Origin: Amoebidium appalachense
Taxonomy: Eukaryota; Protista; Ichthyosporea
Direction: 5' to 3'
Length of the DNA: 64,000 nucleotides
Assembly (NCBI GenBank): GCA_963693365.1
Contig: CAVNZM010000013.1
Coordinates: forward strand, 8,432,940-8,496,939
The notes beneath the pieces were generated by a model. That model did no database searches. It worked only from the letters and a program-made list of their open reading frames with translations, and had not been told where the DNA came from. Both the position numbers and the translations under genes were made by a program. Positions 41,024 to 61,169 of the stretch are shown here, one piece after another (position 1 is the first letter of the stretch; each line of letters begins with the position of its first letter).

Positions 41024-42175
41024 TGTTGCGAATATTAATTGTGCGTAATGAAATCGAACTTCAAGATATGGAGGTGGAGTCAGCTGAAAGAACGTGCACG
41101 AGTGCCTATTAGCAGAAGAAATGCACTCTATATTTTTAAACTTTGGAAATTTTTGTAGTATTCTCGTGGTTCATACGGTAACGGGTTTGCACTTGCTTTA
41201 CTGTGCCGCGCCGAGAGTGATGCTTCAGGTGTTTTGTGACTGAAGAACTCCATCAGACACCGGGCTTTATATACTTGGTTTCCGCCATCTGTAGAATGTG
41301 GCCCCTGGGGAAACGTGCATGCCAATCTGTTAGAAGTTTCCCGCCGCCCTACAGTCACAGCCCGTGGCTGATCAATTATGTATCACCTTGGCGACAAATA
41401 CACCTGGTTTGATCCATTATAAAGCACAAAAGAACTTGTATTTGCCTTTATTTTTGTTTTTGAAGCGTGCCCAGTGCCGGGCCATAAAGGCCGTGAGTTG
41501 TCACCGTCGCCCTCGAGCGTCAGACACAATATCGAGCCCCGACAAAACCGTCGTTTGATTGGCTTACTTGTTTGCGCCTGTGAGACTTGCGAGTGCATGG
41601 TCCTGATAAACGTCGGTCTGGTAGAAGGACCAAACAAAGGCTGGTGAAATGCGTTCTGTTGCATTATTATACCTGGAAAGGCCTGGGTTGAGGAAGGAAT
41701 AATGGGAATCCGAAAAGGACGGGGGCAGGGGGGAGTGGGGAGTAGGGAGGGCGGGGTCAAGCAGCCGAAAGTTTTCCCGGAGTGGCGAGAAATTTTTATT
41801 AGATTGGCACGCAAGAAACCCCATGTTATCCATGGCCCACATTCCACAGATTGCGGTAAGCAACTTTAGCAAGTATATTACAAAGTCGGATGCCCGACAG
41901 AGAGTTCAGTCATCAACACTCGGTTCACATGAAGCATCACTAGCTAGTACTATTAACGCGGCAAGGCACAGTTTAATTATAAAGCAGGTGCAGCCCCGGT
42001 AATTACTATCCGAATCGCCGCAATAATACAAACACATTCCAAAGTTCAAAAAGTTAGGCGTATTTGTTCTGCTCATACGTACGGCACTTGTGCACGTGTT
42101 CCTTCAGCTGACTCAGCTATAATAGCGGTTGTTTACCACACCTCCATATTCATCACGTACCGTGTAATTGGCAAC

Positions 42176-42799
42176 ATGTACTCAAACAGCAACATCGCCT
42201 GTACCCTTGCCCTCCTTGCCACCAGCGCGGCTCTGGTGTGTGGCATGGGCCACTCCATCTCGCAGTGCACCATCACGCAGGGCTACACGCTGCAGTCAAT
42301 CGAGGTTTCAGTACACAACCCTGTTACCAGCACCTCAGAAACACTCAAAGTCACGCCCAAAACAGGCAGTTATGTTGCCTACGCTACCATCAATGCACCG
42401 TACGGACACGACGTTACAGTCAAGTACGTTTACGACCAATCCACTCTGCCTACACCACACAACGGCACAAACCCTGCCTACTCGGATACAGTCACATGGG
42501 TGGGCTTCATGCACAAGAACTACAACACGGGGGATTGTGTGGATGCCTCTTCCCTCTCGCAGTACCTTCCAAGCGGGGGCCTGACATATGCGGACGAGCA
42601 ACGCGAGTCTCCATACACAGAGGGCATGTACGCTGCACACGATGCCAGCCTGAATACGGCCGGGTTCAAGCTAGCCTTTAATTGGTTCAACAGCACACTC
42701 TACCCCGGCACGTGTGGTCCGAGTAGCACGCACGGCACTACACCCCTGACACAGTGCATCGTGCCGGACGTGCTTCTGCAGCTGGGCGTCAGCCAGTAG
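42176..42799 (+). CDS. Secreted 207-aa protein, copy B2
   Basis: Protein identical to B1. Confidence 0.85.
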   Translation: MYSNSNIACTLALLATSAALVCGMGHSISQCTITQGYTLQSIEVSVHNPVTSTSETLKVTPKTGSYVAYATINAPYGHDVTVKYVYDQSTLPTPHNGTNPAYSDTVTWVGFMHKNYNTGDCVDASSLSQYLPSGGLTYADEQRESPYTEGMYAAHDASLNTAGFKLAFNWFNSTLYPGTCGPSSTHGTTPLTQCIVPDVLLQLGVSQ

Positions 42800-43369
42800 C
42801 TGCCACTGCTTTTGTTCTTCTTTTCATTTGCAATGCACATTAAAGTTGTAGTGGTGACCAAATGCCCTTGAGCCATTAAGTGCTATCTGCTGCCCCCCCT
42901 CCCCCCCTCCCCCCCCCCCTCCCCCCTCCCCTCCCCTCTCGAGCCCGCCCTCTCCCGCTCCTTCCCCCCTCCCCAACCCCCCCCCACCCCCCCCCCCCTC
43001 CCCCCCCCATGGCGTCCAATGCATAATTCTCCCTTCTCAATTTATCGTGAGACTGAATAAAAGTTATTCAGTTGTTCCTCTCTCATGGACATCCCCACCT
43101 GGCTCAGAGTTAGTGCGCCCTAAAGATTGGCCCCCTCACCCACCCACCCCCTCCCCCCACACACCCCCCCACGCACGGTCCACACACAAACACAAACACA
43201 CACACAAGCACACACACGCACATGCACGCACATGCACACGCATACAACCACGCACACACGCGTACGCACGCACAAACACCCGCACACGCGCACGCGCACG
43301 TGGCACGCACACGCGCGCGCACACATACACACACACATGCACACACGCGTGCGTGCACACACACACATG

Positions 43370-43401
<32 letters not shown>

Positions 43402-43403
43402 CG

Positions 43404-43452
<49 letters not shown>

Positions 43453-44904
43453 TGACACACACACCCACACACACACACACACACATACACACGCACGCAC
43501 GCACGCACACACACACACACACACTGACACACACATGCACGCACACACACACACACACACACATTGACACACACACACATGCGGGCTTATGTACACACAC
43601 TCTGCACACAATATTTGCCCCGCTCCACCCAATTAACACCGTTGCACTAACTAGCACCAAATTTTTGTCTCCTCCAGATAACACCACCACCTAGTCCGAT
43701 TGTCATACATAAACTCGATGAATGTATTTATGACCCATTTAAATGTTTCCCCATCTTTTTTATTTCACACACACACGAGCACATGGTTCAGTAATGGAAC
43801 GATTTCCAAAAAACTCCAGCCCCAGAGCAACAATATACGTATATCACAGGCATACTACTAAGTCAATGAGACACATCGACTACTCTGTCTACACGCATGC
43901 ACGAGCGTACATTAACACACACAAAACAACCAAAACCCTGCTCAATGACCTGCACACCACCAGTATGGGCACAATACTGATCATCGGCTGATTTGCATAA
44001 TGCATGCAACACATGCACACAAAACACACGCTCTCACCGTGGCGCATACACACGTAGGTACGCCATGTGGAGTTCATGTGCACATTGCACACACGGCACA
44101 AAACCTCCCTCCAAGCATCTCTCTCCCCTCCCAACCTTCCTCCCCCTCTCCCCCCCTCCCCTCTCCCCCTCTCCCCTCCCTTCCCCTCCCCCCTGCATTC
44201 AACCTTTCCTCCCTTCCCTGTGGCAGTGCACGCACACACACATACATGTGCTCATAGTGCGACCATGAATAAATTTTCGTGCCATCGTAAGCAAACTTCT
44301 TGATTGCACCCCCTCTCTCGGAGACGTTTGTGGGCATACGGCGAAAAAATTCCGCCCGATCAAACACTTTCTGCCAGCACCCACTTATATGTGGTGGTGG
44401 GCCAACTTAGTAAAGTTGTTAATGATATCGGTAACAAGGATTTTCTCAGTAGCACCATCCTTCAGCCCCCCTCCCTCCCACCCCTCTCCCCCCCCCCCCC
44501 CCCCCCCCCCCTCCCCCCCCCCCTCAACCACCATCACCACCACCACCATCCCACTCTTTTATTTCTTTTCCGCCCATCCTCTCACATTCGTTTTACCCTA
44601 CCTTCCGTTCCGTTGTGCTTTTACGTGTCTACAAACAAATTCTGCTATCCCTGCCTCCCCCCCTTCTCCCCCCCCCCCCCCCCCCACCTTCTTTTTTTCT
44701 TTCGGCCACCATCCCCACAACCCCTTTTGAAGCTGTCTTCCCATTTGCCCTGTCTTCATGCAGTCATGCAATAACCCCATCTGGGCAGGCTAAAACTCAA
44801 CGGTTTTTCTGCCGGGATACAGCAAAAGCCCACACAAAAGCTGCACTTGAGGGCATATCAGTAACCTTGAAGCAACGCAGCTAACAATGTTTGCTGTTGG
44901 TTTT

Positions 44905-45506
44905 GGTTTACACACTTTTTATTGCGTGGACACTGCCGGAGGCCCAGCCACATTCGACGGCCTACTGCGTTTTCCAGCGCAGCCAATCAAGTGCAGCCAG
45001 TGACATATGTAAATGCTAGGCAACAATGAGCGCCATCGTAGTATCTGACACCCCAATTACATATTATGGGTAAGCAGAGGCTAGCATCGGTGGCTCCGAA
45101 AGAAAGTTTGCTGTTGTTTTGGCCAATCACAAAAGTTTGCATTTGACGAATCAAAGATGTTTTGTGTGATGTATAACCAATATGGTTCAATGCAATGACG
45201 TCGACGTGTCAACTATTAGATGAATGTCAGGCAGTTTAAAAAGGCATGTTCTTGAGCCCCAGAAAATTTCACAAATAGAAGGCTTATGCAAACGTTTCAG
45301 GGGTTTACACACTTTTTATTGCGTGGACACTGCCGGAGGCCCAGCCACATTCGACGGCCTACTGCGTTTTCCAGCACAGCCAATCAAATGCAGCCAGTGA
45401 CACATGTACATGCTAGGCAACAATGAGCGCCATCGTAGTATCTGACACCCCTATTACATATTATGGGTAAGCAGAGGCTATAGCATCGGTAGCTCCGAAA
45501 GAAAGT
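44905..45506. repeat. ~200-bp direct repeat (44905-45107, 45302-45506)
   Basis: ggtttacacactttttattgcgtggacactgccggagg...ctccgaaagaaagt occurs twice with a few substitutions. Confidence 0.88.
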
Positions 45507-45830
45507 CAAGGCACCGGATCACAATATCATACTGTGCAGCATTAATAAGGTGATCTAGGATAGTCATCTTAAAACGGATATATTGAGGAAGAGAGGAAGA
45601 AAAGAGAATAAAACCGCCAATAACCTCCGGTTCTAATACATTAGCTAACAGGTTGCATTTATTGATAGATATGCAGCCGCGAGTAAACCGCCCCCCACAC
45701 ATATTACACATACGAGCAGGAGACACCAGAAACCGATTACACCGCCAAGCCATAATCATCTTTGACCGAGAAATTCTGTGATTTCGCCGCATTGGCGCAA
45801 GACGGTACAAAAAACCTTTGCGCACAACAA
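45500..45830 (-). mobile_element. 3' fragment of a non-LTR retrotransposon ORF, same family as the element at 47.0-51.5 kb
   Basis: WRCNRF...C..C...FTRGCI..C.LL...ILDHLIN...YD..IRCLD.L aligns by eye with WRSNKY...FNRSCIAKCSL...ILDFILN...YDLFIRCIDWL. Confidence 0.72.
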
Positions 45831-45915
45831 TTTTGCACCACTTACTTGGGCGAGCGAGTGAGTCATCCCCACGTATATAAGTATACGTTCAACGGTCAAA
45901 AGACCCAAAATAAAA

Positions 45916-46634
45916 ATGAGCAACCTTCGCATTGCCTCGTTCGACATTGGAGTTGCGAACATGGCTGTCTGCCTGTTCGAAGTGGCATCGGATGTGGCAC
46001 GCCTACCCAACGACAATGGTGAAACTCTAACTAAACCCGAAGGATGCAGTGCCGGCAACTATTCCCACCCTTCGCAATGGGGTTCAAATTATACACTGGC
46101 GTAAAATTTCGATTGGGGCAACAAAGACAAGAGCAAACTTCTCACCAGCAACCTTGTTCGCCAACTGCATGATTTGCAAGCGGCACATCCACAGGCTGTG
46201 CATGTGGTTATTATCGAGCTGCAACTGGATGGGCGGATGATTGCGCTTGCACACGTTGTTCAAGCATATTTTTCGAGACGCGTGCACGTGTTCTTTGGGG
46301 CCCCCCGGGGCTGCCTTCTACGGGCTTCATCTCGGCCAAGTGCAAGCTCCAACTGGGGCACGCTGTTTTTGGACTGCCAGAAGTTGTGATTCCTGCTCAT
46401 GGTTCAAAATCCTCCATATATACTGCCAAAAAGAGGGCGGCAGTCCAGCAAGCCATTGCCATTCTCGAGCGTCCTCCAGCAGCAGCCGGCTGGCGATGCA
46501 CCGGCCATCTATGGGGAAGCATGGGGCTCTTGGGCCGACTGCTTCAAGTCAAACAATGCATAGATAAGAAGGACGATCTGGCAGATGCATTTCTGCAGGG
46601 AATGCATTTCATCGCATACAACGTTCTTTTTTGA
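45916..46634 (+). pseudogene. Frameshifted RuvC-fold Holliday junction resolvase (NCLDV/poxvirus A22-like, Ydc2/Cce1-related)
   Basis: Motifs in order across several frames: IASFDIGVANMAVC, IIHW, VIIELQ, YTAKKRAA, KKDDLADAFLQG; no introns. Confidence 0.82.
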
Positions 46635-47031
46635 TCTTGTGGGTATGTCTATTAGCTTATACATGCATTAGAACATGCATTGCTTTGTACTTTTTTTTTT
46701 TGGTGGTACGTGTGTTACTACGAAGTCGAATATGTTCGTGATGCCTGCGCAATGGGATGCCGTTACCCCTCTCACAAACAGCTATAGCAATCATAATCGT
46801 GCACGGCTCACCAAATAAAGCTTTTAAATAATTACGGGGGGGTTTACGCTGTTTACTCGAGGCAAAGAGAACCAGTCTCAGGTATGGGGGGGGGTTTTGC
46901 TCGGAATATCCCCTCAGCGGTATATCATGATCACGTACATAGATGTCGGGTGGTGACTATATATCAGGGTTTACTTTCTCTACGAGACACCATAAAGACT
47001 ACAAGGAGAAATCAATTAGCTGGGGTTCCCC

Positions 47032-47072
<41 letters not shown>

Positions 47073-47104
47073 GGGCTCCTCTCGGGACACTCGGTATCAG
47101 CTGG

Positions 47105-47205
<101 letters not shown>

Positions 47206-48254
47206 CGTGCGCTATAATTTTGTAGTGATGTGTTTCTCAAGCCAATCAATACATCTAATAAACAGGTCGTAGTTACGCGTGTTTAGTATAAAATCAAGGA
47301 TGTTGTAATTTACAGGTAGGCTATCTTTCTGGGTGTCTGTTGTGAATGTGACGTGTGCGTGTTGCGGTATTATGTGGTCTATCAAACTACATTTGGCGAT
47401 ACATGACCGGTTAAACTGGTGTGTGTGTGTGTTGTTTGGGCATGCAAATGATGCCACCTTGTACTTATTAGATCTCCACTGTATAGCACGTGTACAGTAA
47501 AAGCGTGGTAATTGATCAATAATACCATCAGCTAGAGAAAGACCAGTTCTACAGGAAGGTAATATGTATTTAGGTGTTATACACTTGCGAGTGCCATATT
47601 TGGCAATATGGTTGAGGCGGTCAGTATATATAAAACGAGACACAAGGCTTAGTTTTTCAAGGTGTATGCTTTCATCGGGTCTAGTGTCGTGTGGTATCTT
47701 TTTCCATTTGTTATATTGCGTGATTATCTTGTGATTGTGTACATGTTTAATAAGTAAGTGGCAGTCCAAAGTCACACACACACTATTGCGGGGTTTATTT
47801 GTATTTGTGCCCAGGGGGGAAGGGGAGAGAGAGAGGAGGAAAGAGGGGAGAGGTGAGGAGGGGACAGGTCGGATAGAGAAGAGAGGGTGGGAGGGCAAAT
47901 ACTTCTTTAAGCGGCTTATGTGCTTATTGAATTTCAGCGCGAGATAGGATACTCTAGCAGCTATTGGGACCAGACCATATATCGAGAGCGTTACAGGGCC
48001 AGGTTTACAACAGTTGTTAGATAGAAAGGAGGCAACTTCTGCTTCAAGGAAATTTGCCAGGGGTTTAAGCGCTCTAGTTCTCTCTTTCTTGATCCAAGCG
48101 GCGAGAAGGGGTAAACCATATTCACATGCCGGGAAGACAAAAGTGCGAATAAATGTAAGTCTAACAGAAGGATGGAGGGGTGTGTCTTTAAAAATATTAG
48201 CCGAGAAGAAAGCTAACCGCTTACGAGCCAACTCTACCCTCTTTTCGACCATAT

Positions 48255-51200
48255 TGATCCGACCTGAATCGATAAATGCTCCAACCAGAGTACTGTATGA
48301 CGTCATCATATAAAAACGCCTGGCGCAGGGTCAGTTTTGCACGTGTTACTCTCTTTTTCTCACCATTTTACCCTAACGTGACAGGGAACAAGCACATCAC
48401 AAAAAAACCGTAGAAAAATTCTTGGCGGGGTAGTGGCTTAGTAAGTAATGGTAGGCATTCAACGATTTTGAGCTTCAATTTACGGAGAACTTTGTAGTGT
48501 TTGCGCACCCCATGACTACAATAATTTCTCGGAATGCTTGTTGGTATGGCTTATTTTGCACTTTACGGGTTCTGGCACCGGGAGGCCATAGGCCTGAGCC
48601 AAGAAAAACGTCAAACTTGTTACAAATGCGTGCCAAAGATGCATACTTTAAACGTTCACGTTGTTGCTTTTGCACCACAGGTGCATTTTTCGTTTGAGAA
48701 ACATTGACATCAGCTTTCAAATTCGTTTTTTTCGGTACACACACTTCAAATAACCCTTTTAGCATCTAGTTACCACAAACAGTTTCGAAGAAACGAATAA
48801 AAACCAAACAAATCACCCCTAATCCGAAAACGACAAATGAGTGTTGCGCAATGTACAGAAACTGACCAGTGGGCAGAAGGTACTTTAACGTGTAGTGTTT
48901 CTGCGTGATCGTACCGGGCCTGTGTTTGTGTTGACTTGGGTGCGTGTGCGTGGAGGAACACCATGTGTGATGTGGTTTTCGAAGCATGCACGTGTTTGAT
49001 CATTGCAGAGAAACACATTACACTTGATGCAGTAGGTATGTGTCTGGTGGCGTTCCCCTTTGTTCCTAAAGCAGAGAACGCATCTACCTTTTCTTTCTTT
49101 TCTGGCACGCTGGTGTCCGTGTAGAGCATGGGGGGCAGGAGCAGCAGGGGGAAGGGGGTATTCTAGTGCAGGCAGGTGGGGGTTGCATATGAGTGCTTCT
49201 GCTAGCTCACGCCTTGTGTCCATGCTCGTGTTTGTGGATTTGCCAAAGTATCTGTATGCAAAGTGTACGTTTGCTACTACAAACCCCAGAAGCCCCCCAA
49301 AGGTGCGGAGTTGGTGACGTTTAGTGCCCAAGGCTTCGTCCACAGAGCCGTTTAACATTCGTGTTTTGTTGAATATATCGGCCATGTTGTAGTTTTCGAA
49401 GTATTCTTCGACTGCTTTCGGTTGGGGGACGTCATTTCCGTTTCGTGATTTTCTCGGTTGACCCGGCTGAGTACTTGAACATGAGGTGATCACTTTCATA
49501 CTGTAGTTCTTGTTTCTCCATAACACCGCAACGAGGTCTACTCCGTCCACACTGCACACTGCCTCCGACCATACACCACGTCCTTCCTCACATAGAAGGT
49601 CCAACATGTTGAGGGGAAAGTCTCTGGTTGCGGTTTTGACATTGAAAAGTGCGTAGAATCCGATTTTGTACACTTCCCTTGTCCCGGTTACTGACCCAAA
49701 CCAGCTGTCTCCGACGATCGTTCTGGGGTTACGGTGGGTGGGGTTGGCCCTTGGGGTTAGAAGACGCAAGGTGGTGCCTGTTCCAGCTCCCAACTGTCGG
49801 TACGGTTTGCTTGCCATCCTAAGCTTCCCCTCGTTCATTTCGAAGTTAATGAGTATGTTGGTTACACAGTCGTGTAGAGTTTTTATTTCTTGACCGAGAG
49901 GGTGGGGTTTTCGTTTTATATAGATTTGGCACGGAAGGTTGCAATGATAGCTGGCAAAGATGGCCTCGTCTTCGCATAATTCATCCCCGGGCTCGATAGA
50001 GCAACGGCACCGACTCTGCAGTGCTTCCATGAAACCGCGTGTGTCTTTCAGTGGATCATCCTCCGGATATTGAGTGATGTCGGTGACGGTAAAGCAGGCA
50101 CGGATGTTTTCGAACCGGTGTTCGGTCATGAAGCGGGCAAAGTCGTGTACGGGAAATATGTGGCTTGGGTTCTCTGCTGCCGACGTCCAGTAGTTCGATC
50201 TCGAGCCGGGTTCGAATGTTCCAGCCATGTAAATCCACATACCCAACCACCTAAGTAGCTCACCCGGGGTTAAGTCAACCCAATTTTTGTAACGTGCACG
50301 ACCTACTTCGTTTGTGAGTGGAATGACTGCTGTGAAGAGATACTCCATAGGCATGAAGTGTTCAAACAAACACAGAACACTCTTGCGCTTGTTTAGTGCT
50401 AGTGGAATGGTTGGTTTTCTGCGTGGGCCTGTTCTTTTGTCAAGTACTTGCTCATCTGGAATGGTCCATTGCAAGGTGCACGTGGGGTCGGTGGGGGTAG
50501 GTAACTCTACCTGTTCATCTACAAGTTCTATCTCATCTTCATTCTCACTGTCTGTGACAGGAATCTCTACTTGTTGGATGTCTCCATCTGGATCTTCGTC
50601 ACTATCACTCTCTAGCTCGCTACTTGTGTGTTCACTGTCTTCTTCATCTATTAAAGTTAGCTGATGGCGCAGAACTACTTCTGTGGTACCGTCAAAATCA
50701 AACTTTACTTTCCATTCACTGCCTTCGTTTGTCTTGCATCGTTTCACTACTGTGCCAACCAGTATTTGTGTGTCCCAACTCAGGCCGAACTTCTTGTAAG
50801 ACCAACGTGTGGTGTCATCTGTGAAATCTTCCCCCTGAACCCCGTCAAATATGTATGCAAAACAACAGACACGAGCTCCAGAATAAAGTGACTCTATTGG
50901 GTCTAATGTTTTGGCCATGTTGGGCGCTCATCTTTCACATGAAACCCATGGCTTGTTGTGTTCGCGGACTCAGCAAGTTTCGTCCGTTTGATCATGAATC
51001 ATGTTGTTGTCGAGCATGAATTCAAAAACTTGCAACAGCGTCGGCAACCAATAAAAGCTAGGGAAGGCCTTGTTAGTTACCGTACCAAAGACAAAAAAGG
51101 TGTAAACTTATGTTTTCTTACTGGCTGTACAAAAAAAAGCGGGCTCCTGGGCCCCAATAGCTCGCGGTATCCTTCCGAAACAAGCATTCCTAAAGTACTG

Positions 51201-51258
51201 CGGTCAGAGTACTTATGGCCGCTAAGTTCTCCGATCAGAGTACATTTCGGATGCATCA
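48255..51258 (-). mobile_element. piggyBac-family DNA transposon, 3,004 bp, ATAT target-site duplication, TGAT...ATCA ends
   Basis: ATAT at 48251-48254 and 51259-51262; left end TGATCCGA, right end (reverse complement) TGATGCATCCGA; excision restores the LINE frame. Confidence 0.85.
48885..50918 (-). CDS. piggyBac-family (PGBD-like DDD) transposase, 677 aa, intact and intronless
   Basis: EDE, YIKRKPHPLG, GDSWFGSV, YNMADIFN motifs; C-terminal Cys-rich CVLC...CIKCNVFLC...CFENH domain. Confidence 0.92.
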   Translation of the reverse strand: MAKTLDPIESLYSGARVCCFAYIFDGVQGEDFTDDTTRWSYKKFGLSWDTQILVGTVVKRCKTNEGSEWKVKFDFDGTTEVVLRHQLTLIDEEDSEHTSSELESDSDEDPDGDIQQVEIPVTDSENEDEIELVDEQVELPTPTDPTCTLQWTIPDEQVLDKRTGPRRKPTIPLALNKRKSVLCLFEHFMPMEYLFTAVIPLTNEVGRARYKNWVDLTPGELLRWLGMWIYMAGTFEPGSRSNYWTSAAENPSHIFPVHDFARFMTEHRFENIRACFTVTDITQYPEDDPLKDTRGFMEALQSRCRCSIEPGDELCEDEAIFASYHCNLPCQIYIKRKPHPLGQEIKTLHDCVTNILINFEMNEGKLRMASKPYRQLGAGTGTTLRLLTPRANPTHRNPRTIVGDSWFGSVTGTREVYKIGFYALFNVKTATRDFPLNMLDLLCEEGRGVWSEAVCSVDGVDLVAVLWRNKNYSMKVITSCSSTQPGQPRKSRNGNDVPQPKAVEEYFENYNMADIFNKTRMLNGSVDEALGTKRHQLRTFGGLLGFVVANVHFAYRYFGKSTNTSMDTRRELAEALICNPHLPALEYPLPPAAPAPHALHGHQRARKERKGRCVLCFRNKGERHQTHTYCIKCNVFLCNDQTRACFENHITHGVPPRTRTQVNTNTGPVRSRRNTTR

Positions 51259-51863
51259 ATATGGGGAAACATAACACCAACAGAATCAACCGGAACACCA
51301 AGATATTTGTATTCTGGAACTATAGGTACAGGTTTAGATGATAGTGTAAATGTGTGTAAATTGTTAGCTATATCAGGTACAAGAACACCACATTTGTCTA
51401 TGTTAAGAATCATAAGGTTTGCCTTGCACCACTCTGACACTACATCGAACAATCTTTGCAGGCGTCTAGGGGTACGGGCAAGGAGGGACAGATCATCAGC
51501 ATAGAGAAGTGCAGGCGGAAAGTTATTAATAGGGTCATCACAAAGTTAGAATAATTACGTAATTAGCATTTCAAGGGCCGGTGGCTCATCCAATGGTACG
51601 TATTCCGATGAGTCACGATGCAAGAATAACGCAAAAACGAAAACCAAAGCCTTCTCAGGAGGGAAAACGATGGCTGCCTGCCGGGACCAAGCTCAGTTCG
51701 GACCACTTGGTGTTTAGCGTGCGATTATTTTTTGTTTGCAATTTTCTTTTTTTTTTTTTTTTGGGCGGGCGTTCCCACAACATCTCCAGGAATATTCCTT
51801 TCTGCCAGTACAGTAGTGACCAAGTAGTGCCTTGAAATTGTGTAAATTTAAAGTAAATACACG

Positions 51864-58780
<6,917 letters not shown>

Positions 58781-58974
58781 ATGGAGCACCGCAAGTACAC
58801 GGGCATCTCGCCGGTGTGAAAGGCTGCCACCATCACCAGCAACCCCAGCAAGGGAGAGGGACCAATCGAAGTCGATAGACCTCCGCCTACCGGCGGGTTG
58901 TAATGTTTGCCCTTGGGTGGTCGCCCAGGGGGGGGGGGGGGGTTATCAATATTGGATTTGCCCGGTCCTTTTTA

Positions 58975-59021
<47 letters not shown>

Positions 59022-59522
59022 CCTTGGGCTTTTGGTTTTCATACCACACACACTCCTTCTCTCTTTCTTTGTGCTACAGTGGGTGTGTCGGTGGGATGGT
59101 GTGGATGGTGGATCAGGTGGGTAGGTACTTGGGTGTGAGTGTGTGTGCCCCCGTTTTTATTCATTATTTATGTATTCATTTTTCTTCATTTACTAGTTTT
59201 TTTTTTTCCTTCTTTTTTTTTGGTGGGGGGGGGGGGGGGATGGAAGGTATATAATGATGGTAGGCAGTGATAATGTGCTCTTAGCCTACGGTGGGCTAAT
59301 GAGCCCACCTTTTAGAAGGTGTAGTGGTTATTTTGTGATAAATGTTTTGTATCAGATGTATGTATCTATTATTGTAGTATTACACTGATTGCGGCCGAAA
59401 CGGCTGTGGACCGGGTCCTCAGAGTCTAGCCTGCCTTGATTGGCAGGCAATAAAGTTTCTTATCAGTGCCCTAAATTCTAGCCAGTCCTTTCGATGATGG
59501 CAGTATCCATACTGGTACGAGT

Positions 59523-59564
<42 letters not shown>

Positions 59565-59770
59565 ATACACACAGACGCACAAAAAAAAAAAAGAAAAAGA
59601 AAAGAAAATATTTCCTTAGAAAGCCATTGAATGTCTCGTCTCTGTAGAGCACAACGTCCATGCACCACCACCACCACCATCAAATTTCATCGATGTCTCA
59701 CTCACACGTCCATTTTTCATTTGCAGAATGCATTGTGTGTGTGCGTTTACATGTGTATGTGTCATGTGTT

Positions 59771-59825
<55 letters not shown>

Positions 59826-59836
59826 GATGTGCCACG

Positions 59837-59915
<79 letters not shown>

Positions 59916-60307
59916 TCTTGTGTACACATATATCTGTTATGATAGAATAGTCTATCTGTTTATTCCTGCTCTTCCCAGTCACGTACTTAGCCTGTTCCCG
60001 CCTATCCCGCCCCCGCGTACTTGGGGACCGCCTGGGGCCAGGAACAATAACTGCCTTCCTATTGGCTAGTACATAATCCCGATCTATCTGTAATCCTGAT
60101 TGGTTGGTTTCAAAGTTTGGCGCGCCAAGCTGGCAGGCTCACAGCTGTGCTGCTTTGTAGCTTGTGCATGTACACGACGAGTTCAGTCTCATATGTGGGC
60201 TTATTCATATATGAACACGTGACATAGGGTAGACAGAAGGAGTTGGTAGTTTGTCCATATACGTCCAGAGGGCATAAGGGGTGTTTGTTCACAGCCCACC
60301 TTCAACT

Positions 60308-60796
60308 ATGGCACGCACACTCGAGGACGAGTCCACGGCTATGCTGGACGCTGGCAGCACTGCCCCATCCAAACAAGCAAAGACGACGCGCAGCCTGAGG
60401 GAAACAAATAGTAAGCAGTGGCCATCCCCAACGTGCCTGCTCGCCCTCCCTCCATCACGCTCCCTCTTCCCCTTGCCTCTCGTTCAACCACACACACACA
60501 CCCCCTCTCGCTCCCCCCCCCCCCCCCCCCCCCCCACCTCCCCCGCCTCCCCCACCTCCCCCCCTCTCCCCCCTGCTCCCTTTCTCGCACACTCTCTTCC
60601 CCCCGCCCGCCGTCTCCCTCCCTCCCTCCCTTTATCACTCTCTTTCTCTCTCTCTGGCTCCCCCCACCTCTCTGCTCCCTCCCTCCCTTTCTCCCTTTCT
60701 CTCTCTCTCCCTCTCTCTCTTCCCCCTCCCCCCCCCCCCCCCCTGTATTGCTCTCTTGCTCTCTCTCTCTCTCTCCCCCTCTCTCTCCCCCTCTCT

Positions 60797-60878
<82 letters not shown>

Positions 60879-61114
60879 CTCTCTCGCCCTCTCTCTCGCT
60901 CTCTCTCTCTCTCTCTGCGCTCTCTCTCTCCCTCCCTCTCTCTCTCCCCTTCCCCCCTCCCCCCCTCTCTCTCCTCTCCCCCCCCCCCTCCGAGCTATCT
61001 TCTTTCTTCTACTCCCCCCCCCCCCCCCATACACACACATGCACACGCAGACCTCGCATGCACACATGCATGCAGGAACACGTGTGTGTGTGTGCGCGGG
61101 CACACACACGCACA

Positions 61115-61169
<55 letters not shown>

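Noticed and set aside
48255-48309. N-terminus MMTSYSTLVGAFIDSGRIN of the 365-aa ORF 47212-48309
   Set aside because: Read-through from the transposon end; the real LINE frame continues at 51263
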